A stretch of 64,000 nucleotides of DNA from Escherichia coli (lineage in GTDB: Bacteria; Pseudomonadota; Gammaproteobacteria; Enterobacterales; Enterobacteriaceae): assembly GCF_051903065.1 (NCBI RefSeq), contig NZ_CP178440.1; one strand, 5' to 3'. The notes below the pieces were generated by a model that was given only the letters and a program-made list of their open reading frames with translations, did not search any database and had not been told where the DNA came from. This document shows, piece by piece, positions 22,084-33,104 of this stretch. The position numbers and the translations under genes were made by a program. Each line of letters opens with the position of its first letter. The stretch's first letter is position 1.

Positions 22084-22518
22084 ATGAAAACTGAACTGAC
22101 CCTGAATGTATTACAGACCATGAGTGCACAGGAATATGAAGATATCCGGGCTGCCGGAAGTGATGAACGCCGTGAGCTGACACACGCCGTGATGCGGGAA
22201 CTGGATGCGCCGGACAACTGGACGATGAATGGCGAGTACGGCAGCGAGTTCGGCGGCTTTTTCCCCGTCCAGGTCCGTTTCACGCCTGCCCACGAACGTT
22301 TTCACCTGGCGTTATGTTCACCGGGCGATGTCTCTCAGGTCTGGGTGCTGGTTCTGGTGAATGCCGGTGGTGAGCCGTTTGCGGTGGTTCAGGTGCAGCG
22401 GCGGTTTGCACCGGAAGCTGTCAGCCATTCACTGGCACTGGCGGCGTCACTGGATGCGCAGGGGTACAGCGTTAACGACATCATTCATATCCTGATGGCG
22501 GAAGGAGGTCAGGCATGA
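22084..22518 (+). CDS. psiB: Plasmid SOS inhibition protein PsiB
   Basis: [32 protein letters not shown]... matches PsiB as recalled. Confidence 0.9.
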   Translation: MKTELTLNVLQTMSAQEYEDIRAAGSDERRELTHAVMRELDAPDNWTMNGEYGSEFGGFFPVQVRFTPAHERFHLALCSPGDVSQVWVLVLVNAGGEPFAVVQVQRRFAPEAVSHSLALAASLDAQGYSVNDIIHILMAEGGQA

Positions 22519-23234
22519 GCGCACGTTCACAGGCACTGGTTCCTCTCAGCACAGAGCAACAGGCCGCATGGCGGGCGGTGGCGGAGACCGAAAAACGCCG
22601 CCATCAGGGTAACACGCTGGCTGAATATCCGTATGCGGGTGCGTTTTTCCGCTGTCTGAACGGAAGCCGCAGGATATCGCTGTCTGACCTGCGATTTTTC
22701 ATGCCGTCCCTGACCGCAGAAGAACTGCACGGCAACCGTCTTCAGTGGCTGTATGCCATCGATGTGCTGATTGAAACACAGGGCGAGGTCTGCCTCCTTC
22801 CCCTTCCCGGCGATGCAGCAGAGCGCTTGTTCCCGTCGGTGCGGTTTCGTGTCAGGGAACGCAGTCGCCATAAATCCGCGCTGGTCATGCAGAAGTACAG
22901 CCGCCAGCAAGCGAGGGAGGCAGAGCAGAAAGCCCGTGCGTACCAGGTGCTGGTTGCTCAGGCTGAAATCGAACTGGCATTTCATTCACCGGAAACAGTC
23001 GGAAGCTGGCATGCACGCTGGAGTGACCGGGTGGCAGAGCATGACCTGGAACCCCTGTTCTGGCAGTGGGGCGAGCGTTTTCCGTCACTGGCCGGAATGG
23101 AACGCTGGCAGTGGCAGGATATGCCATTCTGGCAGGTTATCGCGGAAGCCAGTCTGGCAGCCAGAGAGGCCGGTCATGCTGTCCGTGAGATGGAGCGGTG
23201 GATGGTGCCGAACAAACTCCGGGAGGCAGCGTGA
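22515..23234 (+). CDS. psiA: PsiA
   Basis: 239-aa ORF overlapping psiB stop, conserved psiB-psiA arrangement. Confidence 0.85.
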   Translation: MSARSQALVPLSTEQQAAWRAVAETEKRRHQGNTLAEYPYAGAFFRCLNGSRRISLSDLRFFMPSLTAEELHGNRLQWLYAIDVLIETQGEVCLLPLPGDAAERLFPSVRFRVRERSRHKSALVMQKYSRQQAREAEQKARAYQVLVAQAEIELAFHSPETVGSWHARWSDRVAEHDLEPLFWQWGERFPSLAGMERWQWQDMPFWQVIAEASLAAREAGHAVREMERWMVPNKLREAA

Positions 23235-23455
23235 TGCGGCAATAATCACACGGATTACCCGTGAACTGGTTGAACGACCAGATTATTTTCAGGGAAAGTG
23301 AGTGTGGTCAGCGTGCAGGGATATGAGCTATGATGTGCCCGGCGCTTGAGGCTTTCTGCCTCATGACGTGAAGGTGGTTTGTTGCCGTGTTGTGTGGCAG
23401 AAAGAAGATAGCCCCGTAGTAAGTTAATTTTCATTAACCACCACGAGGCATCCCT

Positions 23456-23668
23456 ATGTCTAGTCCACATCAGGATAGCCTCTTACCGCGCTTTGCGCAA
23501 GGAGAAGAAGGCCATGAAACTACCACGAAGTTCCCTTGTCTGGTGTGTGTTGATCGTGTGTCTCACACTGTTGATATTCACTTATCTGACACGAAAATCG
23601 CTGTGCGAGATTCGTTACAGAGACGGACACAGGGAGGTGGCGGCTTTCATGGCTTACGAATCCGGTAA
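23456..23668 (+). CDS. mok: Mok (modulation of killing) reading frame overlapping hok
   Basis: 70-aa ORF in alternate frame spanning hok. Confidence 0.55.
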   Translation: MSSPHQDSLLPRFAQGEEGHETTTKFPCLVCVDRVSHTVDIHLSDTKIAVRDSLQRRTQGGGGFHGLRIR

Positions 23669-23672
23669 GTAG
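23514..23672 (+). CDS. hok: Hok toxin (52 aa), host-killing membrane peptide of the hok/sok post-segregational killing locus
   Basis: Hand translation [52 protein letters not shown]; absent from ORF track because under 60 aa; the antisense Sok RNA should lie on the minus strand just upstream but was not mapped. Confidence 0.85.
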   Translation: MKLPRSSLVWCVLIVCLTLLIFTYLTRKSLCEIRYRDGHREVAAFMAYESGK

Positions 23673-23943
23673 CAACCTGGAGGCGGGCGCAGGCCCGCCT
23701 TTTCAGGACTGATGCTGGTCTGACTACTGAAGCGCCTTTATAAAGGGGCTGCTGGTTCGCCGGTAGCCCCTTTCTCCTTGCTGATGTTGTACGGGCATGA
23801 ACAACCTGACTTCAGGAAGGTCGTTTCCCTTCAGGAACGGGGATGAACGCGCGCCTGCGGCGCCCGTTCTTTTCCCCCGCCTTCTCTGGTTATGGCCTGT
23901 CAAAAATCACATCACCTTCCCTGTGATTATTCTCTTTTTCTTC

Positions 23944-24553
23944 CTGCTCTGATTCTGACTACTGCAGTGTTGTCCTGTCTGCCGGGCGCACCTTCGGCTC
24001 CCGGCTGCCTGGCGGCATCCGGTCGTCAGGCCCGACTCCGACTGGCAGCTGCTGGCGCACCTGCCAGTCTCCGCCGAACCCGCTGGCGCGGTTTCGGGCT
24101 GTCGCTACGGTCCGATGCGTGAAAACCCCGGGCTTGCAGCGACCGTTCCGGTCGCGCCGCCTCTGTCGCGCCGTGGCCTGCGCTCCTGGCATCCCGGCAA
24201 AAGGCCGCCGGGATGTAAGGCGCAACGCCGTTTCGCAAACCGCGCTTCACGTCGTTGCGGCGGGTCCCTGCCCGTTGTTGTGTCCGGTGCCATTCACCTG
24301 TTTAAGCCCCTGTCGCCGGGGGCATAGACAGCCACAACCGTCTCCGCCAGTCCAGGGGTGAAATGCACATCCCGCAAAACTTTTTGCCCGGAAGCAGGCA
24401 AAAACTTTTGCGGTCTGCCCCCGGACAGTCGTTTCCGGCCGTGGCAGTGATGCCCCTTGCGGCGAAGGTTCTCAAACAGGTGATGGTGAATACCGGAGGG
24501 AACAAAGAGCAGGTCCCCGCAAAACGTCAAAACCGCGGCTCCCGAAACTCAAC
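23944..24553 (+). promoter_or_regulatory. Frpo/ssi-like structured repeat, copy C
   Basis: 610 bp nearly identical to copy B (offset 10479 bp); followed by an RBS and an ORF. Confidence 0.65.
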
Positions 24554-24593
24554 AGATGATGGGGGCTGAAAACCAGAGAGAGGAGAAAGCAGG

Positions 24594-24881
24594 ATGAGTA
24601 CCCGAAATATCCACGTTAACACCGCGTCGTACACGCTTCTTGTTGCCGGGAAGAAAAAAAACACCGGGGAAGAGTGGGACGTCCTGGAATTCAGCAGCCT
24701 GACTGAGCTGAAAAAATATCGCAAAAGCCACCCGGAAAAGATGGCCTTCAGTTATAGCTACGCGCTCAGTCAGGGTGTGGATAAGCAGTTCCGCCATATC
24801 AACATTGCGGAAGCCGATCACTTCAAACAGTTCCTGCGTCAGATTAAGCGTGCCGGCCTCGATATCCGGGCGATCTGCTGA
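24594..24881 (+). CDS. Hypothetical protein (95 aa), first gene after repeat copy C
   Basis: ORF with RBS gagaggagaaagcaggATG. Confidence 0.45.
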   Translation: MSTRNIHVNTASYTLLVAGKKKNTGEEWDVLEFSSLTELKKYRKSHPEKMAFSYSYALSQGVDKQFRHINIAEADHFKQFLRQIKRAGLDIRAIC

Positions 24882-24998
24882 CCGGATGTGATGAATATCC
24901 CTCCTGATTGTTGCAATCTTGTTAATGGTGGCCGGGAGGGATGATATTAAGCGGAAAATTTTTTATTAAATTTATTCTTTCATAAAGGAGTAGCTGTT

Positions 24999-25820
24999 AT
25001 GCGATTAGCTTCCCGTTTTGGTCGGTATAATTCCATCCGCCGTGAACGTCCTTTAACGGATGATGAATTAATGCAGTTCGTGCCTTCGGTATTTTCCGGT
25101 GATAAACATGAGTCCCGGAGTGAACGTTATACGTATATTCCAACAATCAATATCATCAATAAGTTACGTGATGAAGGTTTCCAGCCATTCTTTGCCTGTC
25201 AGAGTCGGGTTCGTGATTTGGGACGTCGCGAATACAGTAAACATATGTTACGTCTTCGCAGGGAAGGGCATATTAACGGGCAGGAAGTTCCTGAAATTAT
25301 CCTGCTTAATTCACATGATGGTTCATCCAGTTATCAGATGATCCCCGGAATTTTTCGTTTTGTCTGCACAAATGGCCTGGTGTGCGGAAATAATTTTGGC
25401 GAAATCCGCGTTCCACATAAAGGTGATATTGTCGGGCAGGTTATCGAGGGAGCGTATGAAGTGCTCGGTGTCTTTGATAAGGTCACTGATAATATGGAGG
25501 CGATGAAAGAAATTCATCTTAACAGTGACGAGCAACATTTATTTGGCAGAGCTGCACTGATGGTCAGGTATGAAGATGAAAATAAAACGCCAGTGACACC
25601 TGAACAGATAATTACTCCCCGTCGTCGGGAAGACAAACAGAACGATCTCTGGACAACCTGGCAGCGGGTTCAGGAGAATATGATAAAAGGTGGATTATCG
25701 GGGCGAAGTGCCTCCGGGAAAAATACCAGGACAAGAGCCATTACAGGTATTGATGGTGATATAAGAATCAACAAGGCGTTATGGGTGATTGCCGAACAGT
25801 TCAGAAAGTGGAAGTCATGA
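24999..25820 (+). CDS. Hypothetical leading-region protein (273 aa)
   Basis: ORF with RBS aaaggag; conserved near oriT in F-like plasmids as far as I recall. Confidence 0.55.
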   Translation: MRLASRFGRYNSIRRERPLTDDELMQFVPSVFSGDKHESRSERYTYIPTINIINKLRDEGFQPFFACQSRVRDLGRREYSKHMLRLRREGHINGQEVPEIILLNSHDGSSSYQMIPGIFRFVCTNGLVCGNNFGEIRVPHKGDIVGQVIEGAYEVLGVFDKVTDNMEAMKEIHLNSDEQHLFGRAALMVRYEDENKTPVTPEQIITPRRREDKQNDLWTTWQRVQENMIKGGLSGRSASGKNTRTRAITGIDGDIRINKALWVIAEQFRKWKS

Positions 25821-25830
25821 TAATATAAGT

Positions 25831-25858
25831 AAAGCCCCGAAAAAATTTTCGGGGCTTT
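25831..25858. terminator. Rho-independent terminator hairpin aagccccgaaaa / ttttcggggctt
   Basis: Perfect 12-bp stem directly after the 24999-25820 gene stop. Confidence 0.6.
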
Positions 25859-26116
25859 ACTTATATTATCATTTTTCGGCATTGCTGTGTCGTCTGATAT
25901 ACCTCAATTTCATCAACCGGCTTTCCGGTTGTCTGTAAATATTGTGCCCGCGAAAAATGGTCTGGCAGGAGGCTGCGCAGTTACCGGGTATATATAAGAT
26001 GGGTTCCCGCTTCGCGGGGCTTCGGCCAGTCAGTATTGTCACTCATATGATATTTTTGTGTGTGGCCTTCCATGCCGCTTTTGCGGCATAACCGGTATCT
26101 GACAATGTCTGTAAGA

Positions 26117-26626
26117 TTAATTGTTCTGCACGCTGTTAATTTCCGGAAGTGATTTCTTCGTGGCCGGAAGCCGGATACCTTTACTGCTTTTTATCCCGGT
26201 ATAAATCCGGTAAACCTCTGATGCGTAGGCAAGACGTCTCTGGTTCTGGCGTTCGGATTTCCTGAATCCTGCATTGTATGCACCAACGGCCTCCCAGGTG
26301 ACGCCCCATTTTTTAAATGCTATTGCCAGATAATAAGCACCGGTATAAATGTTCATGCAGGGATCTGTTGTCAGATGTTCCGGCTTAATTCCGTAGCGGG
26401 CCAGTTCGTTAAAATGCTGGGAATCTACCTGCATCAGTCCGCTGCCATATCCCGTTACCGGATTAATACCGATGGCATTAACCCGGTAACGGGATTCTTT
26501 CCATGATATTGCTCTCAGTAAATCAGGATCTATTTTGTAATCCCGGCCTGCAAGATCAAAGCAATCAGTGGCATGGCAGATCTCATTTATAAACATCAGG
26601 CAGATGGCTAACATCCATTTTTTCAT
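26117..26626 (-). CDS. Lytic transglycosylase (F gene X / orf169 homologue), signal peptide plus SLT domain
   Basis: 169 aa from [11 protein letters not shown] with RBS gaggtgg; SLT-type motifs in translation; ORF-track 215-aa version over-extends across oriT. Confidence 0.8.
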   Translation of the reverse strand: MKKWMLAICLMFINEICHATDCFDLAGRDYKIDPDLLRAISWKESRYRVNAIGINPVTGYGSGLMQVDSQHFNELARYGIKPEHLTTDPCMNIYTGAYYLAIAFKKWGVTWEAVGAYNAGFRKSERQNQRRLAYASEVYRIYTGIKSSKGIRLPATKKSLPEINSVQNN

Positions 26627-27040
26627 TTTTCCACCTCTGGTGACTTTATCCGTAAATAATTTAACCCACTCCACAAAAAGGCTCAACAGGTTGGTGGTTC
26701 TCACCACCAAAAGCACCACACCCCACGCAAAAACAAGTTTTTGCTGATTTGCTTTTTGAATCATTAGCTTATGTTTTAAATAATGTATTTTAATTTATTT
26801 TACATTATTAAATAGGGGCGTTGACGACCCTATGGCGACCCTATGGCGACCCTTGTTAGGGTCAGTACTGACAAATTTTATGAAAAACATTTGGATATAT
26901 TAGGGCCGCCCCTAGCAGCGCCGTGCGTTTTTTTATAGTATGCCCCTAGGGGCGCTGCTAGGGGTGCTCTTCTTTTTTCAGACCAAACTATGAGTAAATG
27001 AAATAAAACACTTGTTTCAGAATATAAAAGGTACTGTCTT
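26627..27040. other. Origin of transfer (oriT) region between gene X and traM, with direct repeats cgaccctatgg x2 and inverted repeats (ctagcagcgcc / ggcgctgctag)
   Basis: Position, nic 22-mer, repeat architecture typical of relaxosome accessory-protein binding sites. Confidence 0.8.
26710..26731 (-). other. oriT nic region, minus-strand 5'-tttgcgtggggtgt/ggtgcttt-3'; predicted nick between 26718 and 26717
   Basis: Exact match to the F TraI ssDNA recognition 22-mer as I recall it; the 5' end at the nick leads into the leading region. Confidence 0.7.
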
Positions 27041-27424
27041 ATGGCCAGAGTAAATCTGTATATCAGTAATGAGGTTCATGAAAAAATTAACATGATTGTT
27101 GAAAAGCGTCGTCAGGAGGGAGCAAGAGATAAAGATATAAGCCTTTCAGGAACTGCTTCAATGCTTCTTGAATTGGGGCTTCGCGTATATGATGCACAGA
27201 TGGAGCGTAAAGAGTCTGCGTTTAACCAGACAGAGTTTAATAAACTTCTTCTTGAATGTGTTGTAAAAACACAGTCAACGGTGGCAAAGATTTTAGGTAT
27301 TGAGTCTCTCAGTCCTCATGTCTCCGGAAACCCGAAGTTTGAATATGCCAGTATGGTTGACGATATCAGAGAGAAAGTGTCTGTTGAGATGGACCGGTTT
27401 TTTCCAAAAAATGATGATGAATAA
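27041..27424 (+). CDS. traM: Relaxosome accessory protein TraM
   Basis: 127-aa ORF MARVNLYISNEVHEKINMIVEKRRQEGA...; first gene after oriT. Confidence 0.9.
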   Translation: MARVNLYISNEVHEKINMIVEKRRQEGARDKDISLSGTASMLLELGLRVYDAQMERKESAFNQTEFNKLLLECVVKTQSTVAKILGIESLSPHVSGNPKFEYASMVDDIREKVSVEMDRFFPKNDDE

Positions 27425-27539
27425 ATGAAAATGAAGTTTGAGTTGGTTCAAATATAAGAATTTTTATGATTCAAAAAGATGACAATACGTCAGATAATTA
27501 GTATATTAATTACGTGGTTAATGCCACGTTAAAAATTGA

Positions 27540-27615
27540 AACTGAAAATCGCCGATGCAGGGAGGTCTGAACTCCCTGCATCGACTGTCCATAGAATCCT
27601 TAACGGAGGTTCCTA
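27540..27615 (-). ncRNA. finP: FinP antisense RNA (approximate), complementary to the traJ leader and RBS
   Basis: Stem-loop gatgcagggag-gtctgaact-ccctgcatc at about 27555-27583 in the traJ 5' leader; ends not determined. Confidence 0.4.
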
Positions 27616-28301
27616 TGTGTGCGCTGGATCGTAGAGAAAGGCCACTTAACAGTCAATCTGTAAATAAGTACATCCTTAACGTTCAGAATATCTACAGAAA
27701 TTCTCCCGTTCCGGTTTGTGTCCGTAACAAAAACCGGAAAATCCTTTATGCCAATGGGGCTTTTATTGAACTCTTTTCCAGAGAAGATAAACCCTTATCC
27801 GGAGAGAGTTATATACGTCTGCAGGTTGAAATTTTTCTTTCATCACTTGAATTGGAATGCCAGGCTCTTGGACATGGCTCTGCATTTTGTCGTCGTTTTA
27901 ATTTTCATGGCGAAATCTATCAGATAAGGATGGAGAATGTTTCTTTTTATAATGACGAATCTGTTGTTTTATGGCAAATTAATCCGTTTCCTGATTATCC
28001 ATTTTTTGCGTTAAGTCAGAGTGGAAGTAATACAAATACTTCTGATAAATTAACGATATGGAATGATCTTTCCCCCGGGACATTGCTTGTTTTCTCTTTT
28101 TATATGCTGGGTGTTGGTCATGCAACAATTGCCAGAGAATTGGGTATTACAGACAGAGCATCTGAGGATCGAATTAAACCAGTTAAACGGAAAATAAAAG
28201 AATTTTTTGAACACTTTGATTTATTCAGAGTGTCATGTATCTATAAAGGGAAAATAGATTTGCTATTAAATATAATTCGTGAATTTTATAGCGTTAAGTA
28301 A
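27615..28301 (+). CDS. traJ: Transfer operon activator TraJ
   Basis: ORF from ATG after RBS ggagg; position between traM and traY; ORF-track start is 20 codons upstream. Confidence 0.8.
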   Translation: MCALDRRERPLNSQSVNKYILNVQNIYRNSPVPVCVRNKNRKILYANGAFIELFSREDKPLSGESYIRLQVEIFLSSLELECQALGHGSAFCRRFNFHGEIYQIRMENVSFYNDESVVLWQINPFPDYPFFALSQSGSNTNTSDKLTIWNDLSPGTLLVFSFYMLGVGHATIARELGITDRASEDRIKPVKRKIKEFFEHFDLFRVSCIYKGKIDLLLNIIREFYSVK

Positions 28302-28394
28302 ATGTTAAATAAGGCACGCCAATTTTGGCGTGTTTTTTTTCGTCGGTTTCTGTGCAATCATAATTTTATTAGTCGGGAAACAGAGGTGAATTGA

Positions 28395-28622
28395 GTGAGG
28401 AGGCGTAACGCGAGAGGCGGTATAAGCAGAACAGTCTCGGTGTATCTCGATGAAGATACAAATAACCGACTTATTAAGGCCAAAGATCGTAGTGGAAGAA
28501 GTAAAACGATAGAAGTCCAGATCCGTCTCAGAGATCATCTGAAACGATTTCCTGATTTCTATAACGAAGAAATATTCAGGGAGGTGACCGAAGAGAGCGA
28601 GTCAACATTTAAAGAACTTTAG
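28395..28622 (+). CDS. traY: TraY, oriT-binding ribbon-helix-helix protein (GTG start)
   Basis: 75-aa ORF, position before traA. Confidence 0.75.
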   Translation: MRRRNARGGISRTVSVYLDEDTNNRLIKAKDRSGRSKTIEVQIRLRDHLKRFPDFYNEEIFREVTEESESTFKEL

Positions 28623-28655
28623 TTTTTATCTATCAATATTAAACAGAGGAATCAT

Positions 28656-29021
28656 ATGGACGCCGTTTTAAGTGTTCAGGGTGCTTCTGCGCCCGTCAAA
28701 AAGAAGTCGTTTTTTTCCAAATTCACTCGTCTGAATATGCTTCGCCTGGCTCGCGCTGTGATCCCGGCTGCTGTTCTGATGATGTTCTTCCCGCAACTGG
28801 CGATGGCCGCTAGCAGCAGTGGTCAGGACCTGATGGCAAGTGGTAACAACACGGTTAAGGCGACCTTCGGTAAGGACTCCAGTATTGTTAAATGGGTTGT
28901 TCTGGCTGAAGTTCTGGTCGGTGCGGTCATGTACATGATGACCAAAAACGTCAAGTTCCTGGCCGGTTTCGCCATCATCTCTGTATTTATTGCTGTGGGT
29001 ATGGCCGTCGTTGGCCTCTGA
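28656..29021 (+). CDS. traA: Propilin TraA
   Basis: 121 aa, long leader then hydrophobic mature pilin; near-identical to F pilin with substitutions in the mature N-terminal region. Confidence 0.95.
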
Positions 29022-29035
29022 CAGGAAATAAAACG

Positions 29036-29347
29036 ATGTCGGGAGACGAGAATAAACTTAAGAAATATCGTTTCCCGGAAACACTGACCAACCAGAGCCG
29101 CTGGTTTGGCCTGCCACTGGATGAACTGATCCCCGCAGCAATCTGTATTGGCTGGGGTATCACAACATCGAAATATCTGTTCGGTATTGGTGCAGCGGTT
29201 CTGGTTTATTTCGGGATTAAAAAACTGAAAAAAGGGCGGGGCAGTTCCTGGTTACGTGACCTGATTTACTGGTATATGCCAACAGCCCTGCTGCGCGGTA
29301 TTTTTCATAATGTTCCCGATTCGTGTTTCCGGCAGTGGATTAAATAG
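29036..29347 (+). CDS. traL: TraL pilus assembly protein
   Basis: ORF and gene order. Confidence 0.85.
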
Positions 29348-29368
29348 AACTGATACCAGGATTGTTAT

Positions 29369-29935
29369 ATGGAACACGGTGCCCGTTTAAGTACCAGTCG
29401 TGTAATGGCCATCGCCTTTATATTTATGTCAGTGCTTATTGTTCTCAGCCTCTCTGTTAACGTCATTCAGGGGGTGAATAACTACCGTCTTCAGAATGAG
29501 CAACGCACTGCCGTGACGCCAATGGCATTTAATGCCCCCTTTGCCGTGTCACAGAACAGTGCCGACGCCTCTTATTTACAGCAGATGGCGCTGTCATTTA
29601 TTGCCCTCCGTCTGAATGTTTCATCAGAAACCGTCGACGCCTCACATCAGGCGCTTCTGCAATATATCCGCCCGGGCGCACAGAACCAGATGAAAGTTAT
29701 TCTGGCTGAAGAAGCGAAGCGTATTAAAACCGATAACGTGAACTCAGCCTTTTTCCAGACCAGTGTTCGTGTCTGGCCTCAGTATGGCCGTGTGGAAATT
29801 CGTGGTGTGCTTAAAACCTGGATTGGTGATTCAAAACCTTTCACTGATATCAAACATTACATCCTTATTCTGAAGCGGGAAAACGGGGTGACCTGGCTGG
29901 ATAATTTCGGGGAAACAGACGATGAGAAAAAATAA
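29369..29935 (+). CDS. traE: TraE pilus assembly protein
   Basis: ORF and gene order. Confidence 0.85.
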   Translation: MEHGARLSTSRVMAIAFIFMSVLIVLSLSVNVIQGVNNYRLQNEQRTAVTPMAFNAPFAVSQNSADASYLQQMALSFIALRLNVSSETVDASHQALLQYIRPGAQNQMKVILAEEAKRIKTDNVNSAFFQTSVRVWPQYGRVEIRGVLKTWIGDSKPFTDIKHYILILKRENGVTWLDNFGETDDEKK

Positions 29936-30650
29936 TACGGCAATAATATTCGGCAGCCTGTTTTTTTCCTGCAGCGTGATGGCCGCAAACGGTACGCTGG
30001 CCCCCACCGTGGTGCCAATGGTGAACGGTGGTCAGGCCAGTATTGCCATCAGCAATACCAGCCCGAATCTGTTTACCGTTCCCGGTGACCGGATTATCGC
30101 CGTGAACAGTCTGGATGGTGCCCTGACCAATAATGAGCAGACCGCCTCCGGCGGTGTGGTGGTGGCCACCGTCAACAAAAAGCCCTTTACGTTCATTCTG
30201 GAAACAGAACGTGGTCTGAATCTTTCCATTCAGGCCGTTCCCCGTGAAGGCGCGGGGCGTACCATTCAGCTGGTCAGTGACCTGCGCGGAACCGGAGAAG
30301 AAGCCGGTGCGTGGGAAACGTCCACGCCTTACGAATCCCTGCTTGTGACCATCAGCCAGGCCGTCCGTGGCGGAAAATTACCCGCAGGCTGGTATCAGGT
30401 CCCGGTGACAAAGGAAACCCTGCAGGCCCCGGCGGGGCTGTCTTCAGTGGCAGATGCCGTATGGACGGGGAATCACCTGAAGATGGTCCGCTTTGCCGTG
30501 GAAAATAAAACGCTGTCTGCCCTGAATATCCGGGAAAGTGATTTCTGGCAGCCGGGAACCCGTGCCGTGATGTTCAGCCAGCCTGCCAGCCAGTTACTGG
30601 CAGGTGCGCGCATGGATGTGTATGTCATCCGTGACGGGGAGGGCAACTGA
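29922..30650 (+). CDS. traK: TraK secretin-like pilus assembly protein
   Basis: ORF and gene order. Confidence 0.85.
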   Translation: MRKNNTAIIFGSLFFSCSVMAANGTLAPTVVPMVNGGQASIAISNTSPNLFTVPGDRIIAVNSLDGALTNNEQTASGGVVVATVNKKPFTFILETERGLNLSIQAVPREGAGRTIQLVSDLRGTGEEAGAWETSTPYESLLVTISQAVRGGKLPAGWYQVPVTKETLQAPAGLSSVADAVWTGNHLKMVRFAVENKTLSALNIRESDFWQPGTRAVMFSQPASQLLAGARMDVYVIRDGEGN

Positions 30651-32077
30651 TGGCCAGTATCAATACCATTGTGAAACGCAAGCAGTACCTGTGGCTGGGG
30701 ATTGTGGTTGTCGGTGCAGCCTCCGCGATTGGTGGTGCACTGTATCTGTCTGATGTGGACATGTCCGGTAACGGTGAGGCCGTGGCTGAACAGGAACCCG
30801 TGCCGGATATGACCGGTGTGGTGGATACGACCTTTGATGACAAGGTGCGTCAGCATGCCACCACAGAGATGCAGGTGACGGCAGCGCAGATGCAGAAGCA
30901 GTATGAGGAAATCCGTCGCGAGCTGGATGTCCTGAACAAACAGCGCGGTGATGACCAGCGTCGTATTGAAAAGCTGGGACAGGATAATGCCGCCCTGGCA
31001 GAGCAGGTGAAAGCCCTGGGTGCTAATCCCGTCACGGCGACCGGTGAGCCTGTACCGCAGATGCCTGCCTCACCGCCCGGCCCGGAAGGCGAACCACAGC
31101 CAGGAAACACCCCCGTATCCTTCCCGCCGCAGGGCAGCGTTGCTGTTCCACCGCCGACGGCGTTTTATCCCGGGAATGGTGTCACGCCACCACCACAGGT
31201 GACGTACCAGTCTGTGCCGGTGCCTAACCGGATACAGCGTAAGGTGTTTACCCGTAATGAGGGAAAACAGGGACCATCACTGCCGTACATTCCGTCAGGA
31301 AGTTTTGCGAAAGCCATGCTGATTGAAGGGGCGGATGCCAATGCGTCAGTCACCGGTAATGAATCCACGGTGCCGATGCAGCTGCGTATCACCGGTCTGG
31401 TGGAAATGCCGAACAGCAAAACGTATGACGCAACGGGATGTTTTGTGGGGCTGGAAGCCTGGGGGGATGTGTCCAGTGAACGTGCCATTGTACGCACCCG
31501 CAATATCAGCTGCCTGAAGGACGGCAAAACCATTGATATGCCGATTAAGGGGCATGTCAGCTTCCGGGGTAAAAACGGTATCAAGGGCGAAGTGGTGATG
31601 CGTAACGGCAAAATCCTCGGCTGGGCATGGGGCGCGGGATTTGTTGACGGTATCGGTCAGGGAATGGAGCGCGCCTCCCAGCCGGCTGTCGGGCTGGGTG
31701 CCACAGCCGCTTACGGGGCTGGTGATGTCCTGAAAATGGGTATCGGTGGCGGCGCATCGAAAGCCGCACAGACGCTCAGTGACTACTACATCAAACGTGC
31801 CGAACAGTATCACCCGGTGATACCGATTGGTGCGGGCAACGAAGTGACCGTGGTGTTCCAGGACGGCTTCCAGCTGAAAACCGTGGAAGAGATGGCGCTG
31901 GAACGCACGCAGAGCAGAGCGGAAGAAGAGAATCAGGAAAGTCCGGTTCCTGTTCCGCCATCGGCTGAAAGTCATCTTAACGGCTTTAATACTGACCAGA
32001 TGCTGAAGCAGCTGGGCAACCTGAATCCGCAGCAGTTTATGTCCGGCAGCCAGGGAGGGGGCAACGATGGCAAATAA
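30650..32077 (+). CDS. traB: TraB (VirB10-like)
   Basis: 475-aa ORF with Pro-rich region; gene order. Confidence 0.9.
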   Translation: MASINTIVKRKQYLWLGIVVVGAASAIGGALYLSDVDMSGNGEAVAEQEPVPDMTGVVDTTFDDKVRQHATTEMQVTAAQMQKQYEEIRRELDVLNKQRGDDQRRIEKLGQDNAALAEQVKALGANPVTATGEPVPQMPASPPGPEGEPQPGNTPVSFPPQGSVAVPPPTAFYPGNGVTPPPQVTYQSVPVPNRIQRKVFTRNEGKQGPSLPYIPSGSFAKAMLIEGADANASVTGNESTVPMQLRITGLVEMPNSKTYDATGCFVGLEAWGDVSSERAIVRTRNISCLKDGKTIDMPIKGHVSFRGKNGIKGEVVMRNGKILGWAWGAGFVDGIGQGMERASQPAVGLGATAAYGAGDVLKMGIGGGASKAAQTLSDYYIKRAEQYHPVIPIGAGNEVTVVFQDGFQLKTVEEMALERTQSRAEEENQESPVPVPPSAESHLNGFNTDQMLKQLGNLNPQQFMSGSQGGGNDGK

Positions 32078-32657
32078 TATGTCGTCCCGTCAGGCGTGCC
32101 ATGCCGCCCGGTATGTTGTCGCCCGGGTTCTGCGAGGACTGTTCTGGTGTCTGAAGTACATCGTCATTCTGCCACTGGCCACAATGGCCCTGATGGCTCT
32201 GTTTGTTTTATGGAAGGACAACACCACGCCGGGGAAATTACTGGTTAAGGAGATTAACTTCGTAAGACAAACAGCACCTGCCGGACAGTTCCCGGTCAGT
32301 GAATGCTGGTTTTCTTCCTCTGATTCTTCAGGCAGATCAGAAATACAGGATATCTGCCATTACCGCGCGGCTGATGCTGCAGATTATGTCAGGGAGACTG
32401 ACCGGTCACTGATGCAACTGGTCACCGCATTATGGGCAACACTGGCACTGATGTATGTCTCGCTGGCAGCGATCACCGGGAAATATCCGGTGCTGCCCGG
32501 AAAAATGAAATGTATCCGGGTGGTAACCGCAGATGAATATCTGAAGGACGTTTATACGGAAGACGCTTCCCTGCCGGGAAAAATCAGGAAATGCCCTGTT
32601 TATCTTCCTGATGACAGAACAAACAGAAACAACGGAGATAAAAATGAACATGCGTAA
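32067..32657 (+). CDS. traP: TraP
   Basis: ORF and gene order. Confidence 0.75.
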   Translation: MANNMSSRQACHAARYVVARVLRGLFWCLKYIVILPLATMALMALFVLWKDNTTPGKLLVKEINFVRQTAPAGQFPVSECWFSSSDSSGRSEIQDICHYRAADAADYVRETDRSLMQLVTALWATLALMYVSLAAITGKYPVLPGKMKCIRVVTADEYLKDVYTEDASLPGKIRKCPVYLPDDRTNRNNGDKNEHA

Positions 32658-32841
32658 TATTAATGTTATTACAGCCCTCTCTGTGCCGGGTAAAACCGTG
32701 TCAGATGATTTTATGCATGCTGTTCTCAGTAACTGCGCCACAAGAATCGTACTTCCTGCACCGGAGAAATTCGGTTCTGAGTCATTGCCGGACAATTTTA
32801 ATATGACTGCTGTCGGTGTGATGAAGAATTCAGAAATATAA
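32644..32841 (+). CDS. trbD: TrbD
   Basis: 65 aa from MNMRNINV; gene order. Confidence 0.65.
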   Translation: MNMRNINVITALSVPGKTVSDDFMHAVLSNCATRIVLPAPEKFGSESLPDNFNMTAVGVMKNSEI

Positions 32842-32852
32842 GGAACCCTTCG

Positions 32853-33104
32853 ATGAATAAGCTGGTTTCTGATGGCAGCGTCAAAAAAATAAATTATCCG
32901 GTGCTGTATGAGTCCGGAATAACACCTCCGTTATGTGAAGTCAGTGCACCAGAGCCTGATGCGGGTGGGAAACGCATTGTGGCATATGTTTATAAATCAT
33001 CACGGAATACGGTTTTTGAAAATCCTGACATTGTAAAAACCTGTACGGTCAGGGATTTGAAGAATGATTTTGTGAACTGCGATGAGAAAGGTGAGGGACA
33101 GTGA
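32853..33104 (+). CDS. trbG: TrbG
   Basis: ORF and gene order. Confidence 0.65.
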   Translation: MNKLVSDGSVKKINYPVLYESGITPPLCEVSAPEPDAGGKRIVAYVYKSSRNTVFENPDIVKTCTVRDLKNDFVNCDEKGEGQ

